A stretch of 64,000 bases of DNA from Arenimonas sp. (GTDB lineage: Bacteria > Pseudomonadota > Gammaproteobacteria > Xanthomonadales > Xanthomonadaceae). The stretch is from the NCBI RefSeq assembly GCF_047602345.1, contig NZ_JASGHN010000001.1:41668-105667 (forward strand). Reading direction: 5' to 3'. The notes under the pieces were generated by a model. That model was given only the letters and a program-made list of their open reading frames with translations. It did no database searches and was not told the DNA's origin. The position numbers and the translations under genes were made by a program. The number at the start of each line of letters is the position of its first letter. Position 1 is the first letter of the stretch. Shown one piece after another: positions 19,213 to 28,365 of the stretch.

Positions 19213-20241
19213 TCAGCCGCCGATGAAGAACATTTCGATGCGCTTGCGCTCGCTCGCCAGCCCGGCGCGTTCCTCGCTGTAACGGTCGGCGCGCCGCGCC
19301 CAGATCGATGCGATGCGGTCCGACAACGCCGCCTCGCCCTGTGCGATGCCCTCGCTCAAATCATGTCCGCGCGCCGCGAACAGGCAGGTGAACAGCTGCC
19401 CGTCCGCCGATAGCCGCGCGCGATGGCAATCGCCGCAAAAAGGCGCGCTGACGGAACTGACGAAACCGATCTCGCCCTGCCCGTCGACGAATCGGTAGCG
19501 CGATGCGACTTCGCCGCGATAGGACGGCGCCACCGGCGACAAGGGCCAGCGCATTGCGATCCGGTCGCGCAGTTCCGCCGATGGGACCACCTGGTCGCGG
19601 CGCCAGCCGTTGCAGGTACCCACGTCCATGTATTCGATGAAGCGCAGCGTATGCGGCGTGCCGCGGAAACGTTCGACAAGCGCCAGCGCCTGGTCTTCGT
19701 TCACGCCGCGCTGCACGACCGTGTTGAGCTTGATCCGGCCGAAACCGGCGGACTCCGCCGCCGCCAGGCCGTCCAGCACCTGGCGAACATCGCCGCGACC
19801 GCCCGACATGGCGCGAAACACATCGGCATCGAGCGCATCCAAGCTCACCGTCAGGCGGTGCAGGCCTGCCGCGCGCAAGGCAGCCGCCTGCGTCGCCAGC
19901 AGGGAACCATTCGTGGTCAATGCCAGGTCTTCGATACCGGGAACGCGCGCCAAGCGCCGCACCAGTTCCGGAAGGTCCTTCCGCAGCAAGGGTTCGCCGC
20001 CGGTCAAGCGGATCTTGCGCACGCCGAGCCGGGCGAAAGCGCGCACGGCCGTTTCGATCTGCTGGAAATCCAGTCGACGCGCGCGATCGAGCGTGGCATC
20101 GTCCGGCGTCAGTCCTTCCGGCATGCAGTAAGGGCAACGATAATTGCAGGTCTCGATGACGGAAACGCGCAGGTCGCGCAACGGCCGCGACAGCGCGTCC
20201 AGCGGCGAGTGCGTTTCGCGAACCGGCATCGCGGCATTCAT
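19213..20241 (-). CDS. moaA: GTP 3',8-cyclase MoaA
   Basis: LRVSVIETCNYRCPYC radical-SAM motif, LTGGEPLLR, FIEYMDVG, FCGDCHRARLSADG. Confidence 0.96.
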   Translation of the reverse strand: MNAAMPVRETHSPLDALSRPLRDLRVSVIETCNYRCPYCMPEGLTPDDATLDRARRLDFQQIETAVRAFARLGVRKIRLTGGEPLLRKDLPELVRRLARVPGIEDLALTTNGSLLATQAAALRAAGLHRLTVSLDALDADVFRAMSGGRGDVRQVLDGLAAAESAGFGRIKLNTVVQRGVNEDQALALVERFRGTPHTLRFIEYMDVGTCNGWRRDQVVPSAELRDRIAMRWPLSPVAPSYRGEVASRYRFVDGQGEIGFVSSVSAPFCGDCHRARLSADGQLFTCLFAARGHDLSEGIAQGEAALSDRIASIWARRADRYSEERAGLASERKRIEMFFIGG

Positions 20242-20999
20242 TGTCCGGCCACCTGCGGGCCAGTCGGATCGGCCAGCGCGATCGCATCGCCGGCTTCCGC
20301 GACGCGGTGTCCGCGCGTGCGCAGCGCTTCTCGCGCCGCCAGCGATTCGTAGTGGTAGAGCAGGCAGCGGCCGAGCAATTCCGGTGGGTACTCGCGCTCG
20401 AGATCGTCGATGCCGCTGTGCGAAGGATTGCCGTGCAGGGCGCAGTCGTGCGCCACCAGTTCGCCGTCGCCGGCGTACTTGGCAAGCATTTCGGGTATCG
20501 GGCGCGTATCGCCGGTCCAGACGAAACTACCCTGAAGGCGCAGGCCGAAGGCGGTATCGGGCAAATGATGCCGCACCGGGAAAACATCGAACCAGCGGCC
20601 GCGATGCCAGAATCCGCGCGTCACCGGCACGAGTTGGAACGCATCCCACCAGTTGGCGCCGTCTTCGGCCACGACGCCCGGGTACTCGGCCAGGCGTTGC
20701 TGCAAGTAGGGAACGATGTTCGCAGGTACATACAGGCGCACGCGACCGCGCCGCGACGGGTCGAAATAGCTGGCGAAGAACAATCGCTCCAGTCCTGCCA
20801 CATGGTCCATGTGCACATGGGTGATGAACAGCGCATCGGGGTGTGCGCCGTAACGCGAAAGGTAATGCGTCAGCGCCTCGACCCCGCAATCGACCATCAG
20901 GAAGGGGGCGCCGTCCCGTTCGAGCACGCAGGAGGCCGAACCGAGGAGCGGCGCCGCCTGCGCATTACCCACGCCGAGGAATCGCAGCGACCAGCTCAT
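20238..20999 (-). CDS. Metallo-beta-lactamase fold hydrolase (RNase Z / cNMP phosphodiesterase-like)
   Basis: FLGVGNA, MVDCG, THVHMDH (HxHxDH), WTGDT, LYHY. Confidence 0.88.
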   Translation of the reverse strand: MSWSLRFLGVGNAQAAPLLGSASCVLERDGAPFLMVDCGVEALTHYLSRYGAHPDALFITHVHMDHVAGLERLFFASYFDPSRRGRVRLYVPANIVPYLQQRLAEYPGVVAEDGANWWDAFQLVPVTRGFWHRGRWFDVFPVRHHLPDTAFGLRLQGSFVWTGDTRPIPEMLAKYAGDGELVAHDCALHGNPSHSGIDDLEREYPPELLGRCLLYHYESLAAREALRTRGHRVAEAGDAIALADPTGPQVAGQ

Positions 21000-21745
21000 G
21001 CTCCCAGCTCCAATGCATGCGCCTTGCGCAGGGTCTGCATGCCCTGTTCGATCGCGCCTTCGCGCAACCCGGCGACGCGCTTGCGCAGCGAGCGCTCGAG
21101 TCGGTTCAGTACGTCGATGCACCAATCGCCCGGGGCGCTTTCCATGGTTCCCTTGTCCCAATCGATCAGCCAGGGTTTGCGGGCCTGATCGACCAGCACG
21201 TTGTGCGCATTGAGATCGGCGTGGCGAGCGCCGGCGCGATGGCAATGGCCGATCGCGGCGCCTACCGCACCCCAGGGCGCGGCCGCGGCGTCCGCCTGCA
21301 CGCAGTCGACGAAGGAGCGGACATCGGGAATGCGCTCGACCAGGATCGCGGTCCGGTACAGCGGTCCGCGTCGAAGATACATGGCTGCGATCGGCGCAGG
21401 CACGGGCAGCCCCTTGTCGCGCAAGCGCTGCAACAACGCGAATTCCCGCAGACTGCGCACCTCGGTCTCTCCACGCCACCAATAAGCGTCGTCGCTCACG
21501 TAGGCGGCCCAACCCCCGCGTCGGTATCGACGCAGCACGCCAGCACCGAATACCCCGCGCACGAACCAGGCGGCGCCGCGCCCGCCCTGCCCCTGCACGG
21601 GCTGCGCCTCGGCGGCGTAATGCGCGGGTTCGAAAAGCTCGGGGCTCGCTTGCGACAGCCTGCGCGGGTCGAACACAATCGCCCCGTCTCCGCCTGCATC
21701 GCGGAACGGCTGTCGGCGCTCGCCGGGGGTCGACCTTTCGTCCAT
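20996..21745 (-). CDS. kdkA: 3-deoxy-D-manno-octulosonic acid kinase
   Basis: GQGGRGAAWF, LRRYRRGG, RSLREF, HADLNAHNVL, WLIDWDKG. Confidence 0.92.
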   Translation of the reverse strand: MDERSTPGERRQPFRDAGGDGAIVFDPRRLSQASPELFEPAHYAAEAQPVQGQGGRGAAWFVRGVFGAGVLRRYRRGGWAAYVSDDAYWWRGETEVRSLREFALLQRLRDKGLPVPAPIAAMYLRRGPLYRTAILVERIPDVRSFVDCVQADAAAAPWGAVGAAIGHCHRAGARHADLNAHNVLVDQARKPWLIDWDKGTMESAPGDWCIDVLNRLERSLRKRVAGLREGAIEQGMQTLRKAHALELGA

Positions 21746-21762
21746 CGAGCGAAGTCTAGCAA

Positions 21763-22815
21763 GTGAATCCACCTGCCGCGCCGCGTTCCCTGTGCATCCT
21801 GCGCCTGTCGGCGCTCGGCGACGCCACCCACATGGTGCCGCTGGTGCGCACCTTGCAACGCGCCTGGCCGTCGCTGCCGATCACCTGGATCATCGGCAAG
21901 GGCGAGGCCAAGCTGCTGGAGGGATTGGAAGGCGTCGAATTCATCGTCTTCGACAAGAAGTCCGGCTGGGCCGGCCTGCGCGATCTGCGTCGCCGGCTTG
22001 CCGGTCGGCGCTTCGACGTGCTGCTGCAGATGCAGCTCGCCCTGCGCGCGAACCTGCTGTCGGCACTGATTCCGGCCGAGCGTCGCATCGGCTACGACCG
22101 CGCCCGCAGCAAGGAAGGCCATGGACTGTTCATCAACGAGCGCATCGCGCCGGGTGGCCACCACGTGCTCGATGCCTTCGGCAAGTTCTGCGAACCGCTG
22201 GGCCTGATGCAGGACCGCGTGGAGTGGAACCTGCCGGTGCCTCAGGACGCGCGGACCTGGGCGGACGAACAACTGCCCGGCGAACAACCCACGCTGCTGG
22301 TTTCGCCCTGTTCCAGCCATGCGCTGCGCAACTGGGCGCCCGCGCGCTACGCGGCGGTCGCCGATCACGCGGCTGCGCAGGGCTGGCGCATCGCGCTCTG
22401 CGGCGGACGCAGCCAACTCGAACGCGACACCGGCGACGCGATCCTTGCGGCGACGAAATCGCCCGTCATCGACCTGATCGGGAAGGACACGCTGAAACAG
22501 CTGCTGGCCTTGCTCGAACGCGCGACGTTGGTGCTGTCGCCCGATTCCGGACCCGCCCACATGGCCAACGCGATGGGGACGAAAGTGCTCGGCCTGTTCG
22601 CCTGCACGGATCGCGAACGCTGCGGCCCCTACTCCGACCTGCGCTGGTCGATGAACCACTACGACGAGGCCTCGCGCAAGTTCATGGGCAAGCCCGCCAG
22701 CGAATTGCCCTGGGGCAAGCGGGTCGAGTTCCCGGGCGTGATGGACCTGATCGGCGTCGAAGAGGTGATCGAACGCTTCGATGCGTTCCGCGCGCAGTTG
22801 CCGCCTTCGGACTAG
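21763..22815 (+). CDS. Glycosyltransferase family 9 (LPS heptosyltransferase/OpsX-like)
   Basis: LRLSALGDATH, SPDSGPAHMANA; divergent from kdkA. Confidence 0.88.
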   Translation: MNPPAAPRSLCILRLSALGDATHMVPLVRTLQRAWPSLPITWIIGKGEAKLLEGLEGVEFIVFDKKSGWAGLRDLRRRLAGRRFDVLLQMQLALRANLLSALIPAERRIGYDRARSKEGHGLFINERIAPGGHHVLDAFGKFCEPLGLMQDRVEWNLPVPQDARTWADEQLPGEQPTLLVSPCSSHALRNWAPARYAAVADHAAAQGWRIALCGGRSQLERDTGDAILAATKSPVIDLIGKDTLKQLLALLERATLVLSPDSGPAHMANAMGTKVLGLFACTDRERCGPYSDLRWSMNHYDEASRKFMGKPASELPWGKRVEFPGVMDLIGVEEVIERFDAFRAQLPPSD

Positions 22816-23222
22816 GGCGCCGGCGCGCCGCTGCGGTAGTCCTGATAGGACTTTTCCTCTACGTAGGCCGAGCCCAACGCAAGATTGATGTCCTTCTTGA
22901 TGCGAGCGCGTTCGTCGTTCTCGAAATAGACGGCGCGCGCGAGCCGGATGAATTCCTGGTCGAAGGCCTGTGCCTTCTCCTTGATGCGGATGTCGTCCTC
23001 GATCACCCAGAGTCGTTCGTTGACCGCTTTCAGGGCGGCGCGCAGGTCGCTGATGTCGGTGGCCGAGGCCGCATGCGCCGACCAGGTCGCGCGCAGGGCG
23101 TCGCGTTCCTTGCGCACGTTCTCCAGCTTGACCGGATCGCTCATGCGCTCGGACTTGATGTCGAGGATGGCGATCTTGTCGAGCAGTTCGCCGAAGGAGA
23201 CAGGGACGAGGATTTCGGACAT
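22812..23222 (-). CDS. DUF6165-like small conserved protein
   Basis: ILVPVSFGELLDKIAILDIK...LWVIEDDIR...LARAVYFENDERARIKKDIN...EEKSY. Confidence 0.7.
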   Translation of the reverse strand: MSEILVPVSFGELLDKIAILDIKSERMSDPVKLENVRKERDALRATWSAHAASATDISDLRAALKAVNERLWVIEDDIRIKEKAQAFDQEFIRLARAVYFENDERARIKKDINLALGSAYVEEKSYQDYRSGAPAP

Positions 23223-23248
23223 GGAATGGCCTGCAACTGGGCACCGGA

Positions 23249-24451
23249 TCAGGTGCGCATGGTAGCCCTTCGTGCCCAGCGCTGGGTAGGCCGTTCGATC
23301 ATCCACCAGGATGCGCCGGCGGCCGCTACTGAGAACAGGAGCCCGAGGAACAGGAAAGGAAAGAAATCGGCCTTCACCGCCACGAAACCGCCTTGCGCTT
23401 CGCGCACGGCCAGCAGCACCGGGTAATGCCACAGGTACAGGCTGTAGCTGATCCAGCCGAAGAACTGCATAGGCGCCGAAGCCAATGCCTTTCCGGTCCA
23501 GGTCGCTCCCGCCGTCAAGGCCAGGATCAGCAGCGCGACCAGCAGGCCGGCGAAAAGATGCCAGCACAACAGCAATGGGCTGGCGACCGGCGCGCCGGCG
23601 AAAGCACGACCATCGGCGAAATAGCCCAGGGCGGGGAGCGCGAGGAACAGCAGCATCGACATCGCGGCGAGCGCATCGGCGCGCGCTGCCGACCAACGCG
23701 CGATGATTTCGCGCCGATGCACCAACACATAGGCAGCGAGCATGCCAAGCAGGAACTGGTGCAATCGACCAGGCAGATGCTCGACCCACATCACTTCATG
23801 CTGTCGCGACAATCCCGCATGCATCAGCGCAAAGCGATAGGCGAGGCTGGCCAGCATCAACAAGACGATCCAGCGCAGGCGCCCCGGTCGCAGCAAGGTC
23901 GCGAGCCAGGGCAGCAGCAGATAGAAACCCATCTCGACCGGAAGCGTCCACCAGGGGGAGATATGCGGCGCGACGAACGGCCAGGCATTGAGCCAGAAAA
24001 CAGAATGGGCGAACAGTTCGCCAAGCCCCGGCGACGTCCAGGCGGCTTCGTTGCGTATTCCGAACCAGGCCAGGGCCAGCAGGCAAAACATCTGGAAGTA
24101 ATAGGCGGGCACGATGCGCAGCACCCTGCGCATCGCATAGGAACGCAAGTCTGCCCCCGCAGGCGCGGTCTCGCGACGCGCCTCCAGCAAAGGCACGGTC
24201 AGCAGGAAAGCCGATAGCGTGAAAAACACGTCGACGCCGCTCCAACCCATCCGGGTCACCCAGGCGAATGGCTGCGGCAAGTTCGCAGGCGTGCCGGCAA
24301 GCGTGTAGGCATGGAAGAAAAGCACCGCCAGCGCCGCCAACCCGCGCAAGCCGGTAAGCGCCGGCCAGCGATCCTTCCGCTCCTCAAGCGGCGGCAGCGC
24401 CGCCTCGATCGGGCGAAGGGGCTTGCGCGATGCGTTCTTGCGTCGGGTCAT
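23249..24451 (-). CDS. Acyltransferase family 3 (OafA-like O-acyltransferase)
   Basis: LTGLRGLAALAVLFFH, GVDVFFTLSAFLL, RRVLRIVPAYY, WTLPVEMGFY, GWISYSLYLWH. Confidence 0.9.
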   Translation of the reverse strand: MTRRKNASRKPLRPIEAALPPLEERKDRWPALTGLRGLAALAVLFFHAYTLAGTPANLPQPFAWVTRMGWSGVDVFFTLSAFLLTVPLLEARRETAPAGADLRSYAMRRVLRIVPAYYFQMFCLLALAWFGIRNEAAWTSPGLGELFAHSVFWLNAWPFVAPHISPWWTLPVEMGFYLLLPWLATLLRPGRLRWIVLLMLASLAYRFALMHAGLSRQHEVMWVEHLPGRLHQFLLGMLAAYVLVHRREIIARWSAARADALAAMSMLLFLALPALGYFADGRAFAGAPVASPLLLCWHLFAGLLVALLILALTAGATWTGKALASAPMQFFGWISYSLYLWHYPVLLAVREAQGGFVAVKADFFPFLFLGLLFSVAAAGASWWMIERPTQRWARRATMRT

Positions 24452-24556
24452 GCCGGGAGTATGGCGTCGGACCCCGGGCTTGGCGAGTCCGATGCGATAC
24501 CGGCGAAAGAAGAAGGGCCGCCAATGCGGCCCTTCCTGTCGAAGCGAAACGACGGA

Positions 24557-24724
24557 TTACTCTTCCTCTTCTTCTTCGTCGTCCGCGACCTCCGGTTCCT
24601 GGCGGTCCGGTTTGCGGATCCGATCGTCGGCGTCGCCCGGGTTCGGCTGTGACGGGTTGTAACCCGGATTGCCGGCAGGGCGGATGTCGGCCTTGTCGCC
24701 AGGGTGGTTCGGTTGCGTGCCCAT
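24557..24724 (-). CDS. Small (55 aa) Pro/Asn/Asp-rich protein with poly-Glu tail
   Basis: GAGGAG RBS before ATG 24724; MGTQPNHPGDK...DDEEEEEE; hairpin AAGGGCCGC-CAAT-GCGGCCCTT just downstream. Confidence 0.6.
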   Translation of the reverse strand: MGTQPNHPGDKADIRPAGNPGYNPSQPNPGDADDRIRKPDRQEPEVADDEEEEEE

Positions 24725-24919
24725 TGCGTTCTCCTCGGCTTCGCCGGACGGAATGCCCGGCACCATTGCGACGCAAACCGCGTGCCATGGTCGCCAGTGC
24801 GGCACCGCGCCGCAAACATTGGCTTCGGCGTTCGCCCATCGGGGGCATTGCACGGAAGAATGTTCAGCGACGGGCGGAATGAAGGACAATTCGCCGCATC
24901 GCCAACCGCAGGAAATCCC

Positions 24920-25309
24920 ATGTCGGGCCCCGCACACGCCGGTCTTTTCATCTACGCCAAGGACGTGTTCCGCCTCGCGGACTTCTACGAGACATTGCTG
25001 GGGATGCAACGCCTGCATGTCAGTGCCGAGCTGGTGGTGTTGCAATCGCCGGGAATGCAACTCGTGCTGCACGCGATGCCGCCGCAATACGCATCGAGCG
25101 TGTCGATCTCGTCGCCGCCGCAACGTCGCGAAAACACCGCGCTGAAGTTCTTCTTCACCGTTGCCAGCATCGAAGCCGCGCGGGAAGTGGCCGCGCGCCT
25201 TGGCGGCGAGGTGCTTCCGGAACAATGGCCGGGCCGGGGATTCCGGGCCCGCAACGCGATCGATCCCGAAGGCAACGTCTTTCAGCTGCGCGAACGCGAT
25301 CCCACGTGA
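24920..25309 (+). CDS. VOC/glyoxalase family protein
   Basis: LFIYAKDVFRLADFYETLLG, ALKFFFTV, RNAIDPEGNVFQLRE; AGGA RBS before ATG 24920. Confidence 0.82.
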   Translation: MSGPAHAGLFIYAKDVFRLADFYETLLGMQRLHVSAELVVLQSPGMQLVLHAMPPQYASSVSISSPPQRRENTALKFFFTVASIEAAREVAARLGGEVLPEQWPGRGFRARNAIDPEGNVFQLRERDPT

Positions 25310-25322
25310 GGTTCTTCGGCGG

Positions 25323-25754
25323 TCAACCGGCCAGCGCGAGCTGATCGCAGCGAGAGCCATCGGCCGCCGCGACCGCGGCCGACATCAGGCTGGCATGCTT
25401 GCGGCTGATGCGCGCGTCGCGCACGCCCTTTTCGTTCAGGCAGAAATCCGCCGCCGCGCGCTCGATGTCCCAAAGTTGCGTTTCGACGGCGTTGATGAAA
25501 TCGCATCCGAGCCGGTAGGCCTGGGAATCGTTCAGCGCCGTCCGGCGCCAGTCCTCGAACTCGTCGGCGGCGATGGCGAACACGCTGTCCATCTTGCCCA
25601 GGCACAGGTCCACGATGCGATCGAAGTTGCGCGGGTTGCGCCACGAGGATTCATGGCTTCCCATGTCCGCCGCGAAGGCGACGAGGCGAAGGTCGAAATC
25701 GGCCTTTTCTCCCGCCAACCTGTCGGCGATCGCCTGGTTCAATGCCATCGACAT
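25323..25754 (-). CDS. Hypothetical all-helical protein
   Basis: GAGGA RBS before ATG 25754; plausible helical sequence; no family recognised. Confidence 0.55.
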   Translation of the reverse strand: MSMALNQAIADRLAGEKADFDLRLVAFAADMGSHESSWRNPRNFDRIVDLCLGKMDSVFAIAADEFEDWRRTALNDSQAYRLGCDFINAVETQLWDIERAAADFCLNEKGVRDARISRKHASLMSAAVAAADGSRCDQLALAG

Positions 25755-25840
25755 GGTTTCCTCTGTGCTCCCTTTCCCTTGGCAAGAAAGAACGCGCAAT
25801 GACGCGCGAACAGGACAGCGCAATCGATCCTCGCCGCTGA

Positions 25841-25858
25841 GCATGACCATGGTCATGC
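25841..25858. promoter_or_regulatory. Perfect 18-bp palindrome GCATGACCATGGTCATGC, candidate operator
   Basis: Self-complementary; sits between the divergent starts at 25754 and 25972. Confidence 0.5.
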
Positions 25859-25971
25859 ACGCTCCGACCCCGGCAACGAAAATCGTTCGCGTTGGGGCGC
25901 GATGCGACGATTCTCATGCGCTGAGACGGGCCCACGGCTTGCTGGGCTGCCTTTACCGGAACACCGGCTGC

Positions 25972-28365
25972 ATGAACGCCCTGCCCTCGCTTGCCTCCGA
26001 ACACGAACTTTCCGCCGACAATCCGCTGGTGACGCGGCTCGCGCGAAAGTACGCGGACCGAATCACCGGCCGCATCGACATACCTGCTTGCCCGGCCATT
26101 CACGCGCCGCTGCCAGCGGCAGTGCCGACAGCCTTGGCGATCGCCCTGCGAGAACGCGGGATCCGCAGTCTCTACAGTCACCAGGCGCAAAGTTGGGAAG
26201 CGGCGCAACGGGGCGAACATTTTGTCGTCGTAACGCCAACGGCCTCTGGCAAGACGCTCTGCTACACGCTGCCCGTGGTGACGGCAGCGATGCGCGAACG
26301 CAGCAAGGCGTTGTACCTGTTTCCAACCAAGGCGCTGGCGCAGGATCAGGTCGCCGAGCTGCTCGAGCTGAACAAGGCGGGCGCGCTCGGCCTGCGCGCC
26401 TGCACCTTCGACGGCGATACGCCCGGCGACGCGCGGCAGGCGATCCGCCTGCATGGCGACATCGTCGTCAGCAACCCGGACATGCTGCACCAGGCCATCC
26501 TTCCGCATCACACGAAATGGGCGCAGTTCTTCGAGAATCTGCGCTACATCGTCATCGACGAAGTTCACACCTATCGCGGCGTGTTCGGCTCGCATGTGGC
26601 CAATGTGATTCGCCGGCTCAAGCGCATCTGCGCCTTCTACGGGGTCGCACCGCAGTTCATCCTGTGCTCGGCCACGATCGGCAACCCGAAGGAGCACGCC
26701 GAGGCCCTGATCGGCGCACCGGTCACGGCCATCAGCGAAAACGGCGCTCCGCGCGGAGCGAAAACGGTGCTGCTGTGGAATCCGCCGGTCGTGAATCCGG
26801 ATCTCGGCCTGCGCGCCTCGGCGCGCTCGCAGTCCAACCGCATCGCACGACAGGCGATCAAGTCCGGGCAGAAGACACTGGTCTTCGCGCAGTCGCGAAC
26901 GATGGTGGAGGTCCTGACGAAATACCTGAAGGACGTGTTCGACCACGACCCGCGCAAGCCGGCGCGCATCCGCGCCTACCGCGGCGGCTACCTGCCGAAC
27001 GAACGGCGTGCTGCCGAAAAGGACATGCGGGCCGGAACGATCGATGGCATCGTCAGCACTTCGGCGTTGGAACTCGGCGTGGATATCGGCAGCCTCGATA
27101 TCGTGGTCTGCAACGGCTATCCGGGATCGATCGCCGCCACATGGCAGCGCCTGGGACGCGCCGGTCGACGACAGCAGGCCTCGCTGGGCGTGATGGTGGC
27201 GAGCAGCGACCCACTGGACCAGTACCTCGTACGCAATCCGGAGTTTTTCAGCGGTTCACCGCCGGAACATGCACGCTTGCACGCAGACCAGCCTCTGATC
27301 CTGCTCGACCACATCCGCTGCGCGGCGTTCGAACTGCCGTTCCTGCGTGGAGAGACTTTCGGCCAGGTCGATGCGGCGCCTTACCTCGAACTGCTGGGCG
27401 AGACCGATGTCGTGCACCGCGAGGCGGAGCGTTGGGAATGGATCGCCGACAGCTATCCGGCCAATGCGGTCGGACTGCGCTCGGTGGCCGACGGCAATTT
27501 CCTCGTCGTCGATCGCGGCGAAGGACGCCAGACCATCCTGGCCGAAGTGGACTACAGCGCCGCGGCCCTGACCCTGTACGAGGGGGCGATCCACATGGTG
27601 CAGTCGGTGCCCTACCAGGTCGAAAGGCTCGACTGGGCCGGACGCAAGGCATTCGTCACGCGCACGAATGCGGACTACTACACCGACGCGATCGACTACG
27701 CCAGACTCAAGGTGCTGGCCGAATTCGCAAGCACGCCGGCGAACGAAGGCAGCACGCATCACGGCGAGGTGCACGTGGTCCGGCGCGTATCGGGCTACAA
27801 GAAGATCCGCTACTACACGCACGAGAACATCGGCTACGGACCGGTGAACCTGCCTGACCAGGAACTGCATACGACCGCGGTGTGGTGGCAACTTCCGCAG
27901 GCCGCGCTGGAGGCGCGATTCGCCTCGCGCCAGGACGCGCTGCACGGATTCCTCGGAGCAGGTCATGCCCTGCACCTGGTCGCCACGCTGACCGTCATGG
28001 CGGAATCGCGCGATCTGCAGAAGGCCGTCGGCAGCGGCGATGGCGCCTGGTTCGTGTCGTCCGATGCGTCCGGCCGCGCGCAATTGCGACGCGCCGAAGG
28101 CGGCGGCATGGAACCCCGTGAGACGGATCGCTTCGTCCCCACGATCTATCTCTACGATGCTTATCCGGGCGGTATCGGATTATCCGAGCCGCTGTTCGAA
28201 CGCCGCGCCGAACTCGCGATCAAAGCGCTGGACCTGGTGGCTGGATGCGACTGCCGTGTCGGCTGTCCCGCCTGCGTCGGCCCGGTATTGTCCTCGGATG
28301 AAAGCGCGACGCGTTCGCCGCGCCAACTGGCGCTGGAAGTTCTGCGCATGCTGGCCGACGCATGA
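25972..28365 (+). CDS. mrfA: SF2 DEAD/DEAH-box helicase with C-terminal DUF1998 zinc domain (MrfA/YprA/Hrq1 family)
   Basis: TPTASGKT, IDEVHTYRGVFGSH, SAT, TSALELGVDIG, QRLGRAGR, C-terminal CDCRVGCPAC. The start is uncertain; an in-frame ATG also exists at 25843. Confidence 0.85.
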   Translation: MNALPSLASEHELSADNPLVTRLARKYADRITGRIDIPACPAIHAPLPAAVPTALAIALRERGIRSLYSHQAQSWEAAQRGEHFVVVTPTASGKTLCYTLPVVTAAMRERSKALYLFPTKALAQDQVAELLELNKAGALGLRACTFDGDTPGDARQAIRLHGDIVVSNPDMLHQAILPHHTKWAQFFENLRYIVIDEVHTYRGVFGSHVANVIRRLKRICAFYGVAPQFILCSATIGNPKEHAEALIGAPVTAISENGAPRGAKTVLLWNPPVVNPDLGLRASARSQSNRIARQAIKSGQKTLVFAQSRTMVEVLTKYLKDVFDHDPRKPARIRAYRGGYLPNERRAAEKDMRAGTIDGIVSTSALELGVDIGSLDIVVCNGYPGSIAATWQRLGRAGRRQQASLGVMVASSDPLDQYLVRNPEFFSGSPPEHARLHADQPLILLDHIRCAAFELPFLRGETFGQVDAAPYLELLGETDVVHREAERWEWIADSYPANAVGLRSVADGNFLVVDRGEGRQTILAEVDYSAAALTLYEGAIHMVQSVPYQVERLDWAGRKAFVTRTNADYYTDAIDYARLKVLAEFASTPANEGSTHHGEVHVVRRVSGYKKIRYYTHENIGYGPVNLPDQELHTTAVWWQLPQAALEARFASRQDALHGFLGAGHALHLVATLTVMAESRDLQKAVGSGDGAWFVSSDASGRAQLRRAEGGGMEPRETDRFVPTIYLYDAYPGGIGLSEPLFERRAELAIKALDLVAGCDCRVGCPACVGPVLSSDESATRSPRQLALEVLRMLADA

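Noticed and set aside
25573-25971. 133-aa N-terminal extension of the helicase
   Set aside because: It overlaps the divergent gene and the palindrome region and reads as non-coding composition; ATG 25972 is preferred, though uncertain
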